From the NCBI GenBank assembly GCA_965644495.1, contig CBFFSA010000013.1:62001-126000 (forward strand): a stretch of DNA of 64,000 nucleotides, given 5' to 3'. Numbering within the stretch: position 1 is the first letter of the stretch; the number at the start of each line of letters is the position of its first letter. Positions 1 through 10,500 of the stretch are shown piece by piece. This stretch comes from Perkinsela sp. CCAP 1560/9 (taxonomy: Eukaryota > Protista > Euglenozoa: Kinetoplastea). Position numbers and translations under genes: made by a program. The notes beneath the pieces are model-generated. The model searched no databases. It worked only from the letters and a program-made list of their open reading frames with translations, and was not told the DNA's origin.

Positions 1-68
1 TGGGATAATAAATTATACTATTTCAAAATTAATATTTGGAATAAAATACGCATGCTTTCATGCTCATA

Positions 69-779
69 CTAAAAATTAGCATGATAGGGATTTACGTCGT
101 TATAAATCTCAACGCATTTAGGCCTACTACTGTAGAATAGAGTATTTCTACTCAAGCTCAAGACACTAAGGCTCCGTGGAAGCATAGAAAAGTTGACTCT
201 ACCAGAAAAGAAATTGTATGCTAGCCAAGCGTACTCAATATTTGGAGGAAGTTGCGTAAGATCAATGATCCCATCAAACCGATTGTGTTCTATGTTGAGA
301 CCGTACAGTTTTGGGGGCAGCCGAGTAAAATCCAGTGCTCCAAAGAAATCCCCTCTAAGATCAGACTCAACAGAAAACTCTTTTAACTCATGCGGGAGTA
401 CAGAAAAATCAATCATGTCCTGGAGTCGATTGTCTCGCAATTTTCCTCGACGGATACCTTTGCCAATATATAGTTTGACGGTTGAGAGCGGAAGATGGGA
501 CCAATCAACCCGACCCCTTAGTTCGAAGCCACCCCAAAGTATTTCAAATCCTGCGTCTGTAGTCTGCACTCCGACCCATTCCTTAATAGATTTGTTTGCC
601 TTCCACGTAGGATGAGGGTTTTGAACGAAGCGGACGAAACGTGAAAGTTCAACCTCAGGAGGAAGATATTGCCCTCGTACCTTCCCCGCTCTGGAAGTAG
701 AAGTGTCGGCTGCACCTAACATCGTACGGAAGCCAATTATATTCGAGTCACCAGAAAAAGCCATTACGGATAACGTCAT
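69..779 (-). CDS. Leucine-rich repeat protein (expanded family)
   Basis: N-cap RAGKVRG..LPPEVELSRF..NPHPTW..W.GV followed by LPxxLxxLxLxxNxFxGxLD repeats. Confidence 0.85.
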   Translation of the reverse strand: MTLSVMAFSGDSNIIGFRTMLGAADTSTSRAGKVRGQYLPPEVELSRFVRFVQNPHPTWKANKSIKEWVGVQTTDAGFEILWGGFELRGRVDWSHLPLSTVKLYIGKGIRRGKLRDNRLQDMIDFSVLPHELKEFSVESDLRGDFFGALDFTRLPPKLYGLNIEHNRFDGIIDLTQLPPNIEYAWLAYNFFSGRVNFSMLPRSLSVLSLSRNTLFYSSRPKCVEIYNDVNPYHANF

Positions 780-831
780 TAGGGACTGAAAAGTATAATA
801 TAATATAAAATATAATATAATTTCTTTAATA

Positions 832-1163
832 TTTTTTTTATGAAAAAATCCGAACTTGGCGGACCCGTCCTGCGGATATGCGGGGGGGTCACCCCCGGGT
901 AGGGGAGTGAAAAATGCGCGCCAAGACCCCGGCTACCGCTTCTGCGGTTTTTTTTCGAAAAATATTTTTTTCAAAAAACATTTCGTGCGGTATGCCCCCC
1001 CTTAGACCCCCCCCATGGACCCCCCATTTTTTTCAATTCTTTTTTTCAATTTTGGACCACCGGAGCCCCCTTTTATATTTTTTTCTTCTATCATATTACT
1101 GTGTTTCTCTTATTTTTTTGTCAAAAATCGAGGGTAGAGCGGTAGTTATACAACCACCGCAAT
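832..1163 (+). mobile_element. Helentron/HINE-like non-autonomous element, partial copy
   Basis: Matches the copies at 31140-31500 and 55524-55920; ends in GAGGGTAGAGCGGTAGTTATACAACCACCGCAAT. Confidence 0.7.
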
Positions 1164-1694
1164 ACCATTGTTAGTAATAGGTGATTGTTAATAATAGATG
1201 AACCCCCTCTTTATGTACATGTACTTTTATATCGTTTTTTAAAAGTTATCATCAAAAGTCCCCAACATGTATCTTATTGATATAAGCCCTCTTTTGTATG
1301 TAACGCGTACATTACTATAAGCAGTCCAAACGAGATATCTCGTATGGGGCACACTTGCTCTCCCCAGGAGAGGCAAACAAATCACCTCCGCCTAGGCATC
1401 GGAGTGCGTGAACTCCGAGCGGTACTCGCTACCGGTAAACGAGCAGAGGGACTTTCCTCGGAGTGCGTGTGAAACTTAAAAATAAGCTTCAGAGACATCA
1501 ACACCTGAAGAAAGTTGTTTCGTCTCGTTGCCTCACTCCGTGCACGTACAAGATAACTTTGACGGGTAACTTTAAGTCGAGCGCACGGAAACAAATTCCG
1601 AGCTCAACTGATGTAATCATGTAGATAAGAATGTGACAAGAATATGACACACGTATTAAATAATATTTAATCACCCTCTATTTACTATTTAGTA

Positions 1695-1821
1695 CCTTGT
1701 CTCCCTATTTAGTGTTTTTTCTGCTTCGTAGACATTGACGAAACTGCGCCAATTTTTTTCCCTCCCCTACTTAGTGTTGGATTTTGCCCAATTCTACCAA
1801 ACACTAAATAGGGGGGGACGG
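1695..1821. mobile_element. Small MITE (TA-flanked, CC(G/T)T...ACGG ends)
   Basis: ta|ccttgtctccctatttagtg ... cactaaatagggggggacgg|ta imperfect TIR. Confidence 0.5.
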
Positions 1822-2325
1822 TATATAAAAATTTTTCTCTCGACCGAATATTGCGTTGCTGGCTAAAGCCATCTATTACGATGTAAAGAATTTAAGATAC
1901 TGGCGAGGTAGGAGAGAAATAAAGCAAGAAACTCATTGCTTTTTACCGTTAGTTTTTATCATTAGTTTTTTTAGGAATAAATTTCAGTCGTTTTTTGATT
2001 TGATTTGATTTTCACACCTGTCATTCAAATTCGAATGACAACTATTAAGTTCGGACTTTTGGAAGGGGTCAGTATTTAGGTTCAAAATTACTGAGAAAAA
2101 GTTCAAAAATCATTTTTTTGATATTATTTTGTGTGCTAAAATGGGCTAAAAAGCGGGAACGTACAGATATCAAAATTTTAAACGAAAAAGTGGCAGCCTG
2201 CCATATAAAGTGATAACCTGTCATGTTCTCTCGTGTAAAAAATAAGGGAGGGGTCGCTTATTTGTGAGCGGGTTTTTTACTTATTCCTCTTATTTTTTCA
2301 GTAATCGAGGGTAGAGCGGTAGTTA

Positions 2326-2737
2326 TTGCGGGGGTTGTTTCCGACCTCTGCCTCTCCCTTTTTTATGGTGTCCGGGGTAGGATGTCTCCAGAAGGGTGAG
2401 AAAAGGGGTTCAGCCCCCCTATCCTCGATTTGGGCACAAATCTCGGCGCTTAAAAACATAGGTCGCGGGACTCGAACCCGGGTAGTCCAGCTGGTATGGT
2501 ATGCCGTTCATAATCTGGTGGTCACAGGTTTAACTCCCGGCGGTCACATTTTCGGCCATGCGCGACGTCGTTAGTGGGAAGCAATTTGCAAAGCTGGAGG
2601 GAGGGATTGGGGGAATGGCGCGGGCCCGCGTGAGCGGTCCTGAGCCTTACGCGGTGTCGTTAGTAGGAAGCAATTTGCGAAGCCCCGTTTATCAACAACC
2701 ACCGCTTTTTAGCTACCACACCGACACTACCGCAATA
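2326..2737. repeat. Dispersed repeat with TTGCGG...CCGCAA ends and a tRNA-Met-like core
   Basis: Abuts a truncated HINE end at 2303-2326. Contains TAGTCCAGCTGGT...TTCATAA...GGTTTAACTCC (2476-2546) and two CGTTAGT(G/A)GGAAGCAATTTGC motifs shared with the 100-bp array at 59577. Confidence 0.45.
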
Positions 2738-2751
2738 AAGGTGTGTATTAT

Positions 2752-3468
2752 TTTTTAGGCTCTTCGTTAGACGCGGTGGTTGTTTTCAAATTAGAAGTCA
2801 CTCATGCTGCGCGCTTCGCGAAGAAAACTACCTCCGCGTTTAACGAAGAGCCTAAAAAAGAAAAATCGCCAAAAGATCATGAATAATCTATTTTTTTGGG
2901 TAAAAAAGCTCGATTTTTCGGCGAAAATTGCGAAACTTTAACTCGATTTTGGGCCATTTTTGCTGCCTTACAAGTAGGGGCAGGAGTCGAATCTGACGAA
3001 AAAACGCCGTGGAATGGTAGCTGTGGTCTCAAACTCTTAAAATACGTTTTAGGAGTCGATTTTGGAAAAATAATATTTTTACTTTTTTTTGAGTCAAATT
3101 TTTTTTTGTGTCACCCCCAAAAATTCAGAATTTTTGACCTTGTCGGACCCCTCCCGCGCGTACCAGGGGGGTACCCCCAGGTGTGGGGGGGTGGAAAATT
3201 ATCGCCGCGGCCTACTCTACCCCTTCCCTGCGCTCGATTTTGAAAAGCAAAAAATTATTGAAAAATTTCTTGACGTATGCCCCCCCTGGACCCCTCCCTA
3301 GACCCCCCATTTTTTTCATTTATTTTTTTCAGTTTTGGACCACCGGAGCCCCCTTTTATATTTTTTTCTTCTATTATATTACTGTGTTCCTCTTTATATT
3401 TTCCCTGTTTTCGTTCACTTTTTTTTCAATAATCGAGGGTAGAGCGGTAGTTATACAACCACCGCAAT
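2752..3468 (+). mobile_element. Helentron/HINE-like element, apparently full length
   Basis: Left ~105-bp palindrome (TAGGCTCTTCGTTA...TAACGAAGAGCCTA), right short hairpin; the two ends share the sub-terminal IR GCGGTGGTTGT/ACAACCACCGC. Confidence 0.7.
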
Positions 3469-3604
3469 ATAGTTTATACCTGTTGTAGTGTAAACTTTGT
3501 ACCGTGACGATGTAATCATTCAGTTCCATATCAGATGCAACAATGTTATTCTATTTGTCCCATCGGACGCACTGTCGCACGTGGCGTAAAATAGAACGGA
3601 ACTT

Positions 3605-4807
3605 CTAGACAGCGTCGTCAGATGGCTTAGGGTCAGCAAAATGTGATAAACGCGCGATCCAGCGTTGATATTCCTCGTTTTCATAAAAATAACTAGCTTG
3701 TGCAATGTATTCACCCAGACTCTCCGTAATGCCAAGCTCTCCAAAGTAGTCTGTAAACTGCTTCAAAAACTCAGAGTTCAGACTGTTGTCGGCGAATCGG
3801 GGGCCAGGGTAGAACTCCTCCACAGTTTCTTTCAGACGTACAAAACTTTGCAACAGGTTCTCTCGAGGGGGGTGACTTAACACGTGCTTCGTGATCGCGC
3901 GCAACCTTTCCTCAAACGATGGCATCCGAGTTTGAGTCTGTTTCTTTCTTCCCGAGGCACTGGAGGAAGCACTTTCACACGTCGGATGCAGAATATTTTC
4001 AAAAACATGCTCCGGGGCTATTTCAGGCGCCATTCCTCCCCGAAATTGCGTGCGTGGAACGATCGCAACTTTGTTAATCACCACTTTACAGTTCGCATAG
4101 GCCAGCGAGCACCACAGCTCACGGTGTTTATCCTCTCGAAACACACGCAACGTGAAGGGAAGGTACTCACACGTGTTGAGGTGAGGTGCCGACAGCGAGG
4201 GGTCCTTCATTTCAAAATGAGCTAAAATTGTGAGTTGGACCGTAACATCCCCTGCGGTCTCATCGGAGACTCCCGTCTTTGATGAGTTCGTACCCTTCTT
4301 CTCCTTATCCATAGGTTTAATCCCAAACGGGTGAAGCACACGCTCCCCGATCTTCGTCTCCGAGCGTCGAAGGTGACGAACCGGCATTTCGTTGCTATCG
4401 ACGAATGGGGATGCCGGACTCAGGTCTCGTGGACGTACGGCCGCACCCAGGGGCTGGGCCCGGGGTACTTGCCGACTCGATCGCAGCAGGAGAGCGTTAC
4501 GCGTGGGGGCGTGAGTGACGACCCACCCCGCGGGGACCAGCGGGGGGACACCCGCTGCCTCCTCCGCCTCCTCCCCGCGTAACTCCTGTCGGAGCTCCTC
4601 ACGCAGTCCCTGGGCGAGTACGCGGTGGGCGAGGGTGCGGCGGGAGAGGGAGTAGACGGGGGCAGGATAGGGCGGGAAGGTATGACGTCCGGAGAAGCCG
4701 TGGGAGGGGAGTAGAAGGAAAGCATTGCCCACAACCCGTGGGGTAGTAAGGGGGGACATGGAGGGAGATGTGCTTGGGAGTACTGCGCGACCTTGATACA
4801 GTCTCAT
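3605..4807 (-). CDS. Mitochondrial glycoprotein MAM33/p32/p22 family protein
   Basis: C-terminal signature ELGITESLGEYIAQASYFYENEEYQRWIARLSHF; N-part LREELRQE...P.GW; start codon uncertain. Confidence 0.75.
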   Translation of the reverse strand: MRLYQGRAVLPSTSPSMSPLTTPRVVGNAFLLLPSHGFSGRHTFPPYPAPVYSLSRRTLAHRVLAQGLREELRQELRGEEAEEAAGVPPLVPAGWVVTHAPTRNALLLRSSRQVPRAQPLGAAVRPRDLSPASPFVDSNEMPVRHLRRSETKIGERVLHPFGIKPMDKEKKGTNSSKTGVSDETAGDVTVQLTILAHFEMKDPSLSAPHLNTCEYLPFTLRVFREDKHRELWCSLAYANCKVVINKVAIVPRTQFRGGMAPEIAPEHVFENILHPTCESASSSASGRKKQTQTRMPSFEERLRAITKHVLSHPPRENLLQSFVRLKETVEEFYPGPRFADNSLNSEFLKQFTDYFGELGITESLGEYIAQASYFYENEEYQRWIARLSHFADPKPSDDAV

Positions 4808-5629
4808 GGGGGTGCAGGTCTGAATTGAGGTGTACAAGTAAATACGTAGGATACAAGCCTGAAAAATAAGTAAGTAAAGTACTACGCCCCCTCTCATGAA
4901 TTTTTATGAATGTGAATTGTAGAAAAAAGCAACCCATGGCCCTTGCCGAAGTGGGGACTGAGCTTTTTAAAGGCATTCAGGGAAAAAGTGCTTCAATATT
5001 TAAAAGGGCATGGATCAGAAGAAAAATGTAAAATTCAGCAAAAATATACATCTCTGAAAGAAAAATGCGAGGGGGCATTCATAAAAATTAAAGGGGGGAG
5101 TAGTTGATTTGACATGTCAAACTCTTGGATCATCAAGTCTCCGGAGCAATTAGCAATACCCCAAAGAATCAGAATACAAAGAAATTGATTCACTAGCACT
5201 TGAAATGCCAGTGCTTTCTCTTTCCTCTTTTTGGTTGTTCCCTTGTCTTTGTTTTTAACACTCTGTTTCCTGTCTGGTATGCTTCTGTGATTTCGCAAAT
5301 CTGTTTGTTCCGGACTCATCCTTTCATATTCCGAATTGTTTTCCTAATGTCTTTTTTAGTGCTACTTCGAGAAGAGCAACAAACGCCTGACGTATATCTT
5401 CCAAACAAATGGAACTTGTTTGCTCGAGAAGCAAACGATCTCTGGTCAGTCCCGATTCAATACGTTTCTCGAGCCGATTCTTCGCTTTAAAAGTGTCAGT
5501 AATAGACGTTCGAATCACTCTTTGAGTAAGTTTTATTTCTTGTATGAATACAGAAACCGGAGACCTTGGCGGAAAATCCGGCTCTCGGACAGCGCTACTC
5601 GAGGCGTGCCTTGACCGTTTAGAAAGTGA

Positions 5630-7261
5630 TTACCAGCATTCTTCTTTTTCAACCTCCTCTGCCAAGATGGAAGTGGACGCTTCCTGGGCATGTACTATTC
5701 CCGCATCTCGAAGTACGACATTCCAATCTATTGCACCCTCTTTCAGACGCGCAACAGCAATGTACAACTGATCACGAATTTTACAAACCTGCTCCCCTAA
5801 CCCTTTATCCTCTACAAAATCATCCACCCCCACGTGGCTACCACAAAACGGACACGCAAGCCGTGCACCCTCCATACACCTGTGCTCCAAACAACCCGTA
5901 CAACACATTTCCCGGACACAACAACCCGTCGCTAACGGTTCCCGCAACAAACCACCACAAAGTCGACAACCCAACGGCTCCGGGACCTTCTCGTCACCCA
6001 CGCTATCTTCGTGAGGGTTCGCCTCGCCTTGCTTATATTTTGCATTGATCACCTCCCCGACCAACGCCCCCGTCTCCACCCTTCGCCGCGCCAGGCGACC
6101 TGTGGTGGTACGAAACAATCTCTCCCCCCCCACCGCAGCCTCCCCCTCCGGAACCACCTCCAGTGCTGAGGAGGAGATCCCGATGGGAGGCAGTAAACGA
6201 CGAGCCACAACAGGAGAAACGACAGCAGCAGCAGCAGCAGAAGGGGAAGAACCAACAGGAGAAGAAGCAGGAAAGGGCATCCCCCTCCCCCTCCCCCTCC
6301 AAGCTGGAGACAACCCCCCATGTTGTGCTCCCCCCCCTTCTGCTGCTGCTGCTGTCCTCCCCGTCGTAGGCCCCCCCCGTTGCTGTGATCCCTGATCCTG
6401 GGAAGGGGTCGTTGTGCCTTTTGTTGGATTCAGCATGGTCCGCATGGGACAATGCTGAATCCAGTGACCTGGACGACCGCATTGGTCACAGAGGTACCCC
6501 TTAGGGGGAGGGAGGGGAAGAGGAGCAGAGGGTAGGGAAGAAGATAATGAAGAAGAAGAAGAAGAAGAAGAGCCCATCAATGGACCCACCGCTCCACGAG
6601 ATCCCCGGGAGGCTACTGTGGAAGGCAGGGGGGGTCGTTTTCGTGGGCCTTGGAATGTCAAAGGATCTCTGCTTTTGTTTAATGATAAAAGAGAGCCCTT
6701 TTCTTCTCGATGGGTAGAAGAGGAAGAGAAAGAAGAAGAGATCGAGGGAAAAGAGGTCTCGTTGGCAATGTGTTGCCGTAACGCGGAGAGTCTCTCCTGT
6801 TCTGTGGAGTGGGGGAGGGAGAGGGTTTGGTGGAAGATATCACCGTGGGAGGGGGCGGGGCGGGGGTCTGTGGTTGTGGGCTCTGCGGAGGTGACATAGG
6901 AAAGTGTGGAGGGGTCGGGGACGGAGGACCCGGTGGGATGAGGGGGTAGACCAATAGGGTGGGATCCGGGGGGTGGGTGACCCATGGGGTGGGAGAAGAA
7001 AGAGGAAGAGGAGGGGACTGCGGAGGTCCAATTTCGTGGGGGACGACGGCCGTGGCGTGGGGTACGGGTAGCTGTGACGGCGGTACCGGGGAGGAGGCGT
7101 TGTCTCTCTCGCACGGGGGTGTCGCCGAGGACCAGGTCGACGAAGTCGGTGGTACCGACGGCGGAGGCAATGAGGTATTGTGCTTTTTCCGCACTCACGG
7201 AGGTGCCTTCAAATTCGACCCTCCCGGCCTTCGATTGAAATTGGTAGAAGAGATAGGGCAT
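5630..7261 (-). CDS. RBBP6/Mpe1-like protein (DWNN, zinc knuckle, RING)
   Basis: N-terminal YLFYQFQS..RVEFEGTSVS (DWNN-like); PPPKGYLCDQCGRPGHWIQHCP knuckle; CRLC..CC..CC..C..CPFC RING. Start assumed at MPYLFY. Confidence 0.8.
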   Translation of the reverse strand: MPYLFYQFQSKAGRVEFEGTSVSAEKAQYLIASAVGTTDFVDLVLGDTPVRERQRLLPGTAVTATRTPRHGRRPPRNWTSAVPSSSSFFSHPMGHPPPGSHPIGLPPHPTGSSVPDPSTLSYVTSAEPTTTDPRPAPSHGDIFHQTLSLPHSTEQERLSALRQHIANETSFPSISSSFSSSSTHREEKGSLLSLNKSRDPLTFQGPRKRPPLPSTVASRGSRGAVGPLMGSSSSSSSSLSSSLPSAPLPLPPPKGYLCDQCGRPGHWIQHCPMRTMLNPTKGTTTPSQDQGSQQRGGPTTGRTAAAAEGGGAQHGGLSPAWRGRGRGMPFPASSPVGSSPSAAAAAVVSPVVARRLLPPIGISSSALEVVPEGEAAVGGERLFRTTTGRLARRRVETGALVGEVINAKYKQGEANPHEDSVGDEKVPEPLGCRLCGGLLREPLATGCCVREMCCTGCLEHRCMEGARLACPFCGSHVGVDDFVEDKGLGEQVCKIRDQLYIAVARLKEGAIDWNVVLRDAGIVHAQEASTSILAEEVEKEECW

Positions 7262-7520
7262 GTAAATTGGGGTGAAGAAAAACGAAGTGTGGAAAAATAG
7301 ATTTTCTTCAAGAGTGAAAGTAAAAGTGGGAGATGACGTCTTGACTGATTTGATGATAATAGACGTAAGAGGAGAGCCAGTAATATTTGAAATACAAATT
7401 TCAATACATGATCCTTTACACAAATCTACATTACTTCTTGATGGCGTTAGAGAAACGCAATCTATGACTATTTTTACAATAATCAAAAAGGAATCCAATT
7501 TTTATAAGGGGCTCCGTGCC

Positions 7521-10500
7521 CTACGCATTTACCTTACGCATAACCTCACTGAAGCCCTGTGCGTTTCGAATTTCAAAAATGACGTTCGCGTTCGCAAACA
7601 TCCCATCCTTAAGCGAAACCAGAAGAAACTGAGCGTCACGGAAATGGCGTTGAAGCATCTTGCCAATATTCTGCGTGTGACTCGGGTCCAGTGCCGCATC
7701 TACTTCATCCAGAATATACACAGGAGCGGGACGAAACCGGAGAATCGCTAAAATTAAACACAGCGCCAGCAGACTTCGCTGACCCCCAGAGAGCTCTGTG
7801 AGGGTTTCCTTCTCCTTTCCCTGAAACGCGACCCGAACCTCCAATCCCGTGAGACGACCTTGTATTCCCCCTTCTTTGGGCTCTGTCGCATCTCCATCTC
7901 CTGCAGTAGAGACACCTGGCTCCGAGTTTGACCCCTTGTCTGTCCGAGCCCTCGTCGAAACCTTTGCCCCCTCACTTGCTTCCCGTTGCTGCACCAGGCG
8001 ACACGAGGCCCCGGGGAGACACGCCGCAAACAACTTACTAAACCCCGAGCTGACCTTGTCCACCATCACATCTAAACTCCTCCATTTTTTAGCCTCGACC
8101 GCACGGATCGTGCGTAGTATAATGCGCTTATCTGCGACCAGCGCATCCCGGCGCCGGACTAAGTCGTTGTACTCTTTTCGAGACTGCTCTAACACAGCGG
8201 TGACTTTTTTGTTTACTCGGCGACTCATGTGTTCCAGTTTGTGCTCCTCCTCCGCGAGCGTCTCAAGGGTCTTTGCGGTGCGATTTTCGTCGATAAAGTA
8301 GAACGGGGTCGTGGTGTCACCGAAATGGACTTTCTCAGACTCTATCCAGGGATGGTGAGTGCGTAGCTCTGTGTTTTGTGATTTAGCGGACTCCACGGTC
8401 TTTGCCATGGTCTTCATTTCGTGCTCCAACGTCGTCATGGCACGACGGGCGGTGTGCTCCTCTTCCTGGGTTTGCTGTAGGGTTTGAGTGATTTCTTGGT
8501 GTTTCGTTTCCACGAGCCGCAGTCGCTCCTCCTCGGCCTGTAGCTGACTCTCGGTCTGAGCAATCTGGGTGCGGAGTGTGTCGTGTTCCCTTTGTTTGGT
8601 CGTGGTTTCATCCTCCAACGCGGTGGCCTCCTGGGACAGCTCATTTCGCTGACGGCTCACCTCCTCCTGCCGCGCGTCCTGTGCGGCTTTCTGGGCTTGC
8701 AACGTCTCATACCCGGTTTGTCCCTTCTCCAGCTCTCGCTGCACCTCCTTACGCCGGTCTTGGGCGGCCGCAAGCTTCTCCGCATACTCTCGCTCCGCGC
8801 GTTTGGTGTCAATCCCACGCTGTAACTTCTCCTTCACCCCCACCAACGCGGATTTCACCTCCCCCAGCTTCTCCGTGTTCTCCTGCACCCCCCTCCCCGC
8901 CTCCTCCTGCTGTTTGCGTATCTCCACCCCTCTCGAGCTCTCCCCTTTCGCGGACCCCGCCAACCCGCTCACCTGTGCCTCCAGCGCCCTATGCTGCCCC
9001 ACCGCCTCCTCCCACCGCATTCGACTCCCCTCTGCCTTTCCCATCCTCTGCTCCACCCCTTTTCGGGTCTCCGCAATGCGCCGCAGCTCATTTTCCACAT
9101 TCGCATATTTCTGCAGCTCTGGGATAGCCGCGGCGAATTCCCCCATCACATCCCGCAGCCCCGCGGCGCTCCCCCCACTGAGAATCCCACTGGGCTCCGC
9201 CACATCCCCATGGAGGGTCACCGCGCGTGCCTTTGCGGGACCAAACGCAATCGCACGCGCCACCTCCATCGAGGAACACACAAAGAACCGACCAAACACA
9301 AAGGAGGCGACGCGAGAGAGTTCACAGGCGAACGCACTTTGGGAAGTAAAGCTTTGAGAATTTGAGCCCAGAACGCTTTCCGGACTTTGCTGCAGCAAAT
9401 CACTCGCGAGTTTCGCCCACCCCTTGGCCTCCACGGCGGCGTCATAGGCGAGTTGCTGCCGGGTGACATCGATGGAAGGGGTTTGGAGTTTGTCAAGGAC
9501 GAGATAGGTGGTACGCTCCGGGGTGGCTTTTGTGGAGATTAGCAGTTGTGCGATCTCGCCGGTGCGGACGACCACTTTACGGAGATGGTCTTTGGCCCCG
9601 GCGGAGAGGGCGAGACTGTGCTGTTTGGGGTTACGGGGGCGGAAAAGGGTACCGACACGACCGTAGATGTGGTGGCGCACCCCGGCAGCGTTGTCCGTGT
9701 CTGGGGGGAGGTCGTAGGGGAAGGCAAACCCCCGGATTCCGTGGGCGAGTTTCTCGCGCGCGGTGCGGAGTTGTTGGAGCTCGTTGTCGAGTGTGGTGAG
9801 GGCGGAGGGATCCGCACCACCGCTTTGTTTTTTGTAGGCGAATTCGGCATCGGCGACGGCTTGTTTGGAGGTTTCGAGCTGTCGGGTGAGGGAGAGGTGC
9901 TCGTCATGGCTTGCATTTTGGCGGGTTTCAAAGGTTTTGAGTTCTTCCGCGAGACGTTGCTGTGTGTGTCGGAGTCGAGAGAGAGTGGAATTGAGTTGTA
10001 GAATTTCTTTCTCAAGAAAATCACTTTCTTCCAAAAGAGTCATGCCCCGTTCCCCGACCTGAATGCCACTGCGTGCCATTTGAAGTGAGGCCCGCAGGTC
10101 TTCGCATCTTTTTTCAAGTTCTGCTTTCTCAGCACGCAGCTTTTCGAACGATGATAAGACTCGATCGTTTTCCTGAGCAGAAAGAGCAGCAGACGCCTCC
10201 AATTTTCCCAGTTCCGTCTCCAGTTTTCGCACCGCGTCGTGAAGCTTGTTCCGTTGTTTATTTAGAAGAGATATTTCACCTTTCACTTTATGTTGCTGGT
10301 GAGAGGCCTGTCGCAACGTTTCTTTATACTCAGACCAGACAGTATTAGATTGGCGTTGAATCTCGCTCTCTTGAAGTTCATGCTGCAGTTTTGCAAGTCG
10401 GGCAGGGACGGTAGAAAGAAGCGATCTTTGATCTTCTACCTCATTCCGACACTGTATTAACCTGGCTGCACTGTTCTCAATTGTGTGGGCATTTTTCCAA

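Noticed and set aside
1330-1620. Possible RNase H/RT relic (IGVRELRAVL, GTFLGV)
   Set aside because: The motifs are short, lie in different frames and are surrounded by stops; too weak to call.
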